Shown here piece after piece: positions 57,727-64,000 of a DNA stretch of 64,000 nt; position 1 is the first letter of the stretch; every line of letters starts with the position of its first letter. The position numbers and the translations under genes were made by a program. The DNA lies in NCBI GenBank assembly GCA_964403155.1, contig CAYOEG010000002.1, positions 74,296-138,295 of the forward strand. Reading direction: 5' to 3'. The notes under the pieces are model-generated. The model worked only from the letters and a program-made list of their open reading frames with translations, did no database searches and had not been told where the DNA came from. This stretch comes from an uncultured Candidatus Saccharibacteria bacterium. Its GTDB lineage: Bacteria; Patescibacteriota; Dojkabacteria; SC72.

Positions 57727-58131
57727 ATGGTAGAAGTGAGCTCATCTGAATGGGATTTTGAGGTCTTAGACACCACAGAATTTCTTCAAAAATTCTCAGA
57801 AATAGCCCAAATAGAATATGCAAAATTCGGTTTAGCAGGATACATTGCTGTTGTCGCAAAAGATCCACGAGGAATGTTCCATACAGTAGCATTGGGTGTT
57901 AATGAAGAAAGCGGAAGAAAGGGCTGGGGAGCAGGAGTTTCCGAGCCAAGTGAACGTGCAATTGCTACGTTAACTGGTAAGCAGACAAGAGTGAGATCCA
58001 ATGTAATATTTATAAATGAAACCCATGTCATATGTGCCATAAGTGATGACGGAAAAGGATACCCTGAGAAGAACGACGAAAGAGATGCTCAAATAATACA
58101 GAATGTATTAATAGAAATGTGTGGAGAATAG
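57727..58131 (+). CDS. hypothetical protein, possibly GlcG/DUF336-like
   Basis: FGLAGYIAVVAKDPRGMFHTVALGVNEESG...GAGVSEP... resembles the DUF336 pattern. The upstream region shares a motif with the next gene. Confidence 0.3.
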   Translation: MVEVSSSEWDFEVLDTTEFLQKFSEIAQIEYAKFGLAGYIAVVAKDPRGMFHTVALGVNEESGRKGWGAGVSEPSERAIATLTGKQTRVRSNVIFINETHVICAISDDGKGYPEKNDERDAQIIQNVLIEMCGE

Positions 58132-58134
58132 CAG

Positions 58135-58175
58135 ACTCTGATATAATCATATACCTAATAAATTAGTAATCTAAA
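58135..58175 (+). repeat. 41-bp exact direct repeat, copy 1 (contains the extended -10 box TGATATAAT at 58139-58147)
   Basis: ACTCTGATATAATCATATACCTAATAAATTAGTAATCTAAA is identical to 58849-58889. Confidence 0.7.
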
Positions 58176-58328
58176 ATTGTAATTTGGATGCCTGTAGGTC
58201 TTAGTAAACATATTTCCAACGATATAACCTTATAGTATAATTATCCTTGATATTTATATATCATTAGCTCGTTTTCCAACCGTCAGCTATTTTTGATGGA
58301 TCATATTCATTCCAAGAGGAGATAAAAA

Positions 58329-58766
58329 ATGAATGCAAAAAGGAAGGCTAAGGTCTTGGCAAGAAAGGCAGCATCCTTGACTCCTTATCGTGGTGTCGTT
58401 GGTGTTGCAATGTTCGAGAAAGGAAATCTGTGTGTGTGTTGTGTTTCATTCAACACAAGTAAAGATTTCTGGGAAGCTAATATCATGCGCGAAGAAGACC
58501 AAAAGTTTGATCCCGTAGCACTGGAACGAAATCTTATGTGTTTTGCTGCTGCTGATGTATCAGAGGCTTTTGAGGAATTCGTCTGTGATTCAGCCTTTTG
58601 TGGTAATGAGGATAAAAATAGGGACACGGATGAAGATATTTCTTTAAGCAATGAAACTCCTGTGTCTTGCGCGTATATCCTCGATCCCAATACCGCTGCT
58701 TCAATAGTGATTAGCCCATACGCACCGGCTCTTCAATACGATCTTCTTAAAAAAATGAAAATATGA
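58329..58766 (+). CDS. hypothetical Cys-containing protein
   Basis: 145-aa ORF flanked by the two repeat copies. Confidence 0.35.
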   Translation: MNAKRKAKVLARKAASLTPYRGVVGVAMFEKGNLCVCCVSFNTSKDFWEANIMREEDQKFDPVALERNLMCFAAADVSEAFEEFVCDSAFCGNEDKNRDTDEDISLSNETPVSCAYILDPNTAASIVISPYAPALQYDLLKKMKI

Positions 58767-58848
58767 TAACCAAACGAGCATCCGACAGGTGTAAACAAAA
58801 TACACCTGTCGGTACGTTCAAGAAATCTTTCCTTTAGAATACTAATAT

Positions 58849-58889
58849 ACTCTGATATAATCATATACCTAATAAATTAGTAATCTAAA
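58849..58889 (+). repeat. 41-bp exact direct repeat, copy 2. This is the ftsH promoter and 5' leader (-10 box at 58853-58861)
   Basis: Same 41 bp. It ends 2 nt before the ftsH ATG. Confidence 0.7.
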
Positions 58890-58891
58890 GA

Positions 58892-60754
58892 ATGGATAAC
58901 ACAGAACCAAAAAAGAAAGTTGTAAAAATAGATATAAGGAAATTACCACCCCAGAGAAGAGTAAACATCCCCAGCATTATCGTCTCCGTAATCCTAACCC
59001 TAGCATTAGCAGGAGGATTCTTTCTCTTAAGGAATTTGGGAAGTAAGGGAACACAAGTAGCAGTAAGCGAAATAGTAACAGACATCTCTGATAAGAAATA
59101 TGAAAGTATCCTTTTGAAAGATGACACCGTTACTTTGCAGGAAAGGGACACAAACAACCTTTTGTTTAAAAAATTCGCATTACTACCACAAGGAACAGAC
59201 TTCTACCAAGTACTCTCTGATTCTGGAATAAATATCAAAGATTTGAAAAATGACTACTACGAACCAGCAGTAGGAATATCGTTTAGTGACATAATCAGCA
59301 TAGTATTCCTAATTGTTGGAGGTATATTAGTCTTCATTATGGTAAAAAACATGCAAGCCTCTGGTGGTAAGATCATGGATTTTGGAGAGAGTAAAGCAAA
59401 GTTACTCTTTGGAAAGAAAACAGGTATCAATTTTGACGATGTAGCGGGAATAGAAGAGGTAAAAGAGGAGTTAACAGAGATTGTAGATTTCTTGAAAAAT
59501 CCTAAAAAATACCAAGCTGCAGGCGCAAGAATTCCAAGAGGAGTATTACTAGCAGGAGCACCAGGAACAGGAAAAACATTACTAGCTAAAGCCGTCGCGG
59601 GCGAGGCCGGAGTACCGTTCTTCCATACCTCTGGTTCGGAATTTGAAGAGATGCTTGTGGGTGCAGGTGCATCTAGAGTTAGAGATCTGTTTAAAAAGGC
59701 AAGAAGTGCATCTCCATGTATCATCTTCATAGATGAAATAGATGCAGTCGCAAAAAAAAGAGGAACAGTACTACATTCTGGAGCAGGAGAACAGACATTG
59801 AACCAGATACTTGTAGAGATGGATGGATTGGAAGCAAGAGAGAATGTAATTGTACTTGCAGCCACAAACAGACCAGACGTATTAGACCCTGCAATTTTAA
59901 GACCTGGAAGATTTGACAGAACTGTAGTAGTACAGATGCCAGATATGAAAGGAAGAAAGGCAATACTTGAAGTCCATGCTAAGAACAAGAAGCTCGAGGA
60001 AGGTGTTGATTTAGAGGTATTAGCAAAGAAGACAGTTGGATATTCAGGAGCAGATTTAGAAAATCTCCTTAACGAAGCAGCTATCATGGCAGCAAAAGAA
60101 GATCGTAAGAAGATTAGCCAAGCAGATATCATGGAGGCATATCTTAAAGTTAAGCTTGGGAGAAAGAAGAAGAATGATAAAGGGGAAGAGGATATAAAGA
60201 CTGTTGCATACCATGAAGCTGGGCATGCAGTTGTTGCAAGATACACAGAAGGTTCCGATCCAGTAGAGCAGGTATCCATAATTTCGAGAGGAATGGCGGG
60301 TGGTGTAACAGTATATCTTCCGGAGAAAGATAGCGCATTTGTTTTTAAGAAGCAATTAATTGCAAGATTAAGAACTGGAGTAGCAGGAAGAGCTGCAGAA
60401 GAAATATTCTTGGGAGACATATCAATGGGGGCATCTGGAGATATTGAACAGATAACCGAAATTGCAAAAGAAATGATCACTCAATATGGAATGAGTGAAA
60501 AATTAGGAATGGTGAAGTATGGTGATATGGAGGAGACAAAACATCTCGGATACACATATGGTGGAGGTAAAGATTTTAGTGAAAAGACAGCACAACTCAT
60601 AGATGAGGAAATCAAAAAGATGGTTGATGACGCATATGATTATGCGAAGAAACTACTCAAGGATAAAAAGGAAGAAGTTGAAAAGCTAGTGTCCGCGCTA
60701 CTAGAGAAAGAAGTTGTTACAAGGGAAGAGTTTGAAGCACTTCTGCTTAAGTAG
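58892..60754 (+). CDS. ftsH: ATP-dependent zinc metalloprotease FtsH
   Basis: Two N-terminal TM helices, AAA Walker A (GAPGTGKTLLAKAVAGEAGVPFF), SRH, and HEAGHAVV. Confidence 0.9.
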   Translation: MDNTEPKKKVVKIDIRKLPPQRRVNIPSIIVSVILTLALAGGFFLLRNLGSKGTQVAVSEIVTDISDKKYESILLKDDTVTLQERDTNNLLFKKFALLPQGTDFYQVLSDSGINIKDLKNDYYEPAVGISFSDIISIVFLIVGGILVFIMVKNMQASGGKIMDFGESKAKLLFGKKTGINFDDVAGIEEVKEELTEIVDFLKNPKKYQAAGARIPRGVLLAGAPGTGKTLLAKAVAGEAGVPFFHTSGSEFEEMLVGAGASRVRDLFKKARSASPCIIFIDEIDAVAKKRGTVLHSGAGEQTLNQILVEMDGLEARENVIVLAATNRPDVLDPAILRPGRFDRTVVVQMPDMKGRKAILEVHAKNKKLEEGVDLEVLAKKTVGYSGADLENLLNEAAIMAAKEDRKKISQADIMEAYLKVKLGRKKKNDKGEEDIKTVAYHEAGHAVVARYTEGSDPVEQVSIISRGMAGGVTVYLPEKDSAFVFKKQLIARLRTGVAGRAAEEIFLGDISMGASGDIEQITEIAKEMITQYGMSEKLGMVKYGDMEETKHLGYTYGGGKDFSEKTAQLIDEEIKKMVDDAYDYAKKLLKDKKEEVEKLVSALLEKEVVTREEFEALLLK

Positions 60755-60766
60755 TAGAATCTACAT

Positions 60767-63445
60767 ATGAATATACAAAGATCCTCTAAGGATATCTTCC
60801 TCGCCATTGACGCTAATGCCATAGTTCATAGAGCTTTTCATGCGTATCCATCCAACCTTCAAACAGAGGATGGTATCCAAGTAAATGCGGTATATGGGTT
60901 CACAACAATGCTACTCGAAGCTTTAAAACTTTTTCACCCAGAATATGTGTTGTGTGCATTTGATACTAAAGCACCTACATTTAGACATACAGAATTCGCG
61001 GAATACAAAGGAACTCGTAAACCTACGGATCAATCATTGCTAGATCAGTTTCCCCTTGTAGAGGAGGTGTTAAAAGCTTTCAATATTCCCATCATTAAGA
61101 GAGAAGGTTTTGAAGCAGACGACACATTAGGAACAATCTCCAAGATGGTAGATACGGGAAAGTGGAGTAATGAAAACCTAGATCTGTACATACTGAGTGG
61201 GGACAGAGATCTCCTGCAACTTGTTAAAAACGATATAAAGGTGTGTTTACCATCTGGGAATTTCAAGAACCTTGTGGCATATGATACCGAGGAAGTATTT
61301 AAATATATGGGAGTGTATCCACACCAAATTATCGATTACAAAGGTATTGTGGGAGATGCATCAGATAATATACCTGGTATTAAAGGTATTGGGGAGAAAA
61401 CAACAGTCGAGCTTCTTAAGGAATATGGCGATATGAATACCATATACAAAAATCTCACCAAACTTAAACCAAGATTGCAGGTGCTTTTTGGAGAAAGTAT
61501 TGAACAGGCAGAAATGAGTAGGAGATTGGCAACAATAGAGCAAAATATGGATATCAGCATTAAGTTAGAGGAGTGTAGGACAAAGGATTTCGATAGAAAA
61601 AACGTTTTAGAGGTATTTAAAAAATATAGTTTTAGATCATTGATGAACAGATTAGATGAGATATTTGGCAAAGAGGAGCAATTTAATTCTCCGCAATTGA
61701 ATATCTTCGAGACTGCGACAAATACCGACATACAATGGAAGAGTAAAGAAGATTTCAAATCTGAAATTAGGTCTGCACAATCGATCGTGGTTGCAAATAT
61801 CGCTTCGTATGAGTCATATAGCGGAGAGAGATTTTTTGCAGTCAGGTTTGTTAATGGAGACCAGAGTCACAAAGATCTACTATTCAAGGATATCGATTTG
61901 AGAGGTATCAAGGGTGTAGATATGACCTTCTACAATTGGGAAGATCTGTCCTCAATTGAGGATTGGAACATTGAATATGAAAAAGCCTTCGATGTACTAA
62001 TTTTTGCACATACCATAAGCTCGGGAAAGAAGATAGAAGGATTTAAGGATCTAGCCTTTGACTATGCAGGGAAAGTGTTTAATGAAAAACTCTCTCCTCT
62101 CAATATGTCCGATATTTTAGATGCAGTTATGGAAATCAAAGAAAAGGAAATTAATAGGGCAAATAATACAGAATTGTACGAGTATACAATGAAGAGTGTA
62201 AGGGAATTTCTGAAGATAGGTGAGGACTACCTTGTAAATATTCATAGGAAAATAGAAATGCCAGTATCCGAGATATTGGGTAAGATGGAACGAAGAGGTA
62301 TAAAAGTAGATATTGGGTATCTTGAAAAACTTAATGACGAAGTAAAACAAAAGCTTGATGGACTGGCCAAGGATATCTTTGGTTCTGTTGGGCATGAATT
62401 CAATATCAACTCCCCAAAACAATTAGCAGATGTCTTGTTTAATGAACTTCAGCTCCCAACAACTGGCAAACAATCAACGAGAGAGGATGTCCTGTCAGGA
62501 TTAGTTGGAACACACCCATGCGTGGAGAAACTTTTAGAATACAGAGAAGTATCAAAAATATATGGTACATATACATCTCCATTACTTGAAATGGCAAAAA
62601 ATGATTCCAATACCGCCATCCATACAGACTTTAAACAAACAGGAACTACCTCAGGAAGATTCTCTTCCACAAATCCCAACATGCAAAACCTTCCAGCCTC
62701 TGGAGATTGGTCTGTTAAACTCAGGAAAGCCTTTGCTCCTAATGATGGATTCAAACTAGTGGGGATGGACTATGCACAAATGGAGTTGAGAATAATGGCT
62801 GATATGTCAAAGGATGATTTGCTCATAAAGGATTTCTTGGATGATCTTGATATACATAAAGCAACCGCAGCTAGAATCATGGATAAGGATATTGGGAATA
62901 TAACGAAAGCAGAGAGAAGTATTGGGAAAACGGTTAACTTTGCAATACTTTTTGGGCAAACGCCATTTGGTCTATCTAGGTTGCTAAATATTGATGCTCA
63001 AAAAGCTTCTGAATATATTAGGCACTATTTCGAGCACTATGTAGGAGTGGAGAATTACATAAGAATATTGGAAAAAGAAGCCTACAAACATGGCTATGTA
63101 CAAAGTATGTTTGGTATGACTAGAAGAATTGCAGCAGTTAAGTCAAAAAATATCACTGCACGAAGGGCTGCACTTAGAGAAGCTGTAAATATGCCAATAC
63201 AGGGTACCGAAGCAGATATCATGAAGCTAGGGATGGTAAAGATTAACGAGCTTATAGAGAAAGAATTCCCAGATCAAGCCTTTACATTACTTCAGATCCA
63301 TGATGAGCTAGTATTTGAAGTTAAAGAGGATAGGGCGGATGAATTTGTAAAGAAAGTATCAGATCTACTCAAGAATGTAGTGGCACTGGCTACCACGCTA
63401 GATGTTCATGCAAGCATAGGGAATGATTTGTCCGAATTGAAGTAG
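60767..63445 (+). CDS. polA: DNA polymerase I
   Basis: 5'-3' exonuclease N-terminus (AIDANAIVHRAFHAY). Pol A motifs: DYAQMELRIMA, RRAALREAVNMPIQGTEADI, and QIHDELVFEV. Confidence 0.9.
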   Translation: MNIQRSSKDIFLAIDANAIVHRAFHAYPSNLQTEDGIQVNAVYGFTTMLLEALKLFHPEYVLCAFDTKAPTFRHTEFAEYKGTRKPTDQSLLDQFPLVEEVLKAFNIPIIKREGFEADDTLGTISKMVDTGKWSNENLDLYILSGDRDLLQLVKNDIKVCLPSGNFKNLVAYDTEEVFKYMGVYPHQIIDYKGIVGDASDNIPGIKGIGEKTTVELLKEYGDMNTIYKNLTKLKPRLQVLFGESIEQAEMSRRLATIEQNMDISIKLEECRTKDFDRKNVLEVFKKYSFRSLMNRLDEIFGKEEQFNSPQLNIFETATNTDIQWKSKEDFKSEIRSAQSIVVANIASYESYSGERFFAVRFVNGDQSHKDLLFKDIDLRGIKGVDMTFYNWEDLSSIEDWNIEYEKAFDVLIFAHTISSGKKIEGFKDLAFDYAGKVFNEKLSPLNMSDILDAVMEIKEKEINRANNTELYEYTMKSVREFLKIGEDYLVNIHRKIEMPVSEILGKMERRGIKVDIGYLEKLNDEVKQKLDGLAKDIFGSVGHEFNINSPKQLADVLFNELQLPTTGKQSTREDVLSGLVGTHPCVEKLLEYREVSKIYGTYTSPLLEMAKNDSNTAIHTDFKQTGTTSGRFSSTNPNMQNLPASGDWSVKLRKAFAPNDGFKLVGMDYAQMELRIMADMSKDDLLIKDFLDDLDIHKATAARIMDKDIGNITKAERSIGKTVNFAILFGQTPFGLSRLLNIDAQKASEYIRHYFEHYVGVENYIRILEKEAYKHGYVQSMFGMTRRIAAVKSKNITARRAALREAVNMPIQGTEADIMKLGMVKINELIEKEFPDQAFTLLQIHDELVFEVKEDRADEFVKKVSDLLKNVVALATTLDVHASIGNDLSELK

Positions 63446-63494
63446 ATGATATAATTGTAACAATCAATAAATTTATCACGATTGTGGATAACCA

Positions 63495-63875
63495 ATGGTA
63501 AACTCCTCAAAACATAGTGATGGTGTATGGAGCACAATTTTGACACTTGCAGGTGTAGCTGCTGGTGTATTTTTGATGGCAAAACTTACACACCAAGAAA
63601 CATCTAAAGTGCCTATGTCTAAAGAAAGTGATCCAAAGCCTAAGCTCGAAGAAAAGATCACAGAACCCAAGATGGATGGTGGAAATGGTAGGCAGCAAAG
63701 AATCCTTGCCGTTGTAAAAGAGAAGGGGATGATTACTCCAAAAGAACTGCAATCACTACTCCCAGACGTATCTACTAGAACATTAAGGAGAGATATGGAT
63801 GCTCTGGCTAAGGCAAAACTTATATCTCAGAAAGGTAGCACTAAATCAACATTTTACAAATATATAGGGAAGTAA
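63495..63875 (+). CDS. membrane-anchored winged-helix (DeoR-like HTH) protein
   Basis: TM helix, then RQQRILAVVKEKGMITPKELQSLLPDVSTRTLRRDMDAL. Confidence 0.4.
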   Translation: MVNSSKHSDGVWSTILTLAGVAAGVFLMAKLTHQETSKVPMSKESDPKPKLEEKITEPKMDGGNGRQQRILAVVKEKGMITPKELQSLLPDVSTRTLRRDMDALAKAKLISQKGSTKSTFYKYIGK

Positions 63876-63877
63876 CT

Positions 63878-64000
63878 ATGGATAGAGTATCATTCAAAAA
63901 AGTATGTGAGGTATTCCAGCAATTAGAGGTGACAGATTCTAGGAATGAGATGACTCAATATCTTTCTGATTTTCTGAAAACACTCGATCCAAAAGACGCT
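63878..64000 (+). CDS. ATP-dependent DNA ligase, N-terminal 41 codons (3'-truncated by the window)
   Basis: MDRVSFKKVCEVFQQLEVTDSRNEMTQYLSDFLKTL fits the F..L...F..LE.TtSR.E....L..FL pattern of Lig N-termini. No stop codon before the window end. Confidence 0.45.
   Translation, partial: MDRVSFKKVCEVFQQLEVTDSRNEMTQYLSDFLKTLDPKDA

Noticed and set aside
59257-60480. A 407-aa ORF on the minus strand.
   Set aside because: It is fully antisense to ftsH, low-complexity and Ser/Ala/Pro-rich. It is a shadow ORF of a well-supported gene.
1-64000. A CRISPR array, rRNA genes, or an IS element or transposase.
   Set aside because: No regularly spaced direct repeats, no rRNA-like conserved stretches, and no transposase motifs (DDE or HUH) were seen in any ORF.

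Overview
This is an AT-rich, gene-dense stretch of bacterial chromosome containing the replication origin. The conserved origin cluster rpmH–rnpA–yidD–yidC–jag runs divergently from dnaA and dnaN, with clustered DnaA boxes in the dnaA–dnaN spacer.

Housekeeping genes recognised from motifs:
- Translation and RNA: rsmA/ksgA (5' partial), metG, valS, efp, smpB, a SpoU/TrmH methyltransferase.
- Transcription and RNA turnover: rpoD, RNase J.
- DNA and repair: nfo, polA, a partial ATP-dependent DNA ligase at the 3' edge.
- Envelope and proteolysis: ftsH, an LmbE/PIG-L deacetylase.

RNA genes found by hand-folding:
- Eight tRNAs: Arg-UCU, Ser-GGA, Ser-CGA, Ser-GCU (minus strand), Ile-UAU, initiator Met with a C1·A72 mismatch, elongator Met-CAU.
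- A tmRNA (ssrA) whose tag ends in ...NFNFA.
- A canonical T-box leader on the minus strand upstream of a hypothetical gene plus valS, with the antiterminator bulge UGGUAAC and an intrinsic terminator.

The small size of the genes, the weak Shine-Dalgarno signals, the many tiny membrane proteins and the type IV secretion/pilus-like components point to a streamlined Patescibacteria/CPR-like organism. This is inference only.

The most interesting accessory content:
1. A roughly 10 kb locus (43.8–54.0 kb) with five tandem VirB2/TrbC-type secretion-pilin paralogs, a coiled-coil SpoIID/LytB-like peptidoglycan hydrolase, a membrane protein with a degenerate PP2C-like domain, and a VirD4/VirB4-like P-loop ATPase. 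smpB sits inside this locus.
2. Degenerate direct repeats that match the ssrA 3' flank. They delimit two miniature islets (a 105-aa gene and an HD-domain gene) and are followed by a convergent type II restriction-modification pair: a PD-ExK endonuclease candidate and a Dam-like D12 N6-adenine methyltransferase.
3. An orphan OmpR-type response regulator that lacks the phospho-acceptor aspartate.
4. A 41-bp exact direct repeat carrying an extended -10 box (TGATATAAT). The two copies sit about 150 bp upstream of a hypothetical gene and about 30 bp upstream of ftsH.
5. An NYN-domain gene plus a tyrosine recombinase wedged between tRNA genes.

No CRISPR array, rRNA or transposase was seen.
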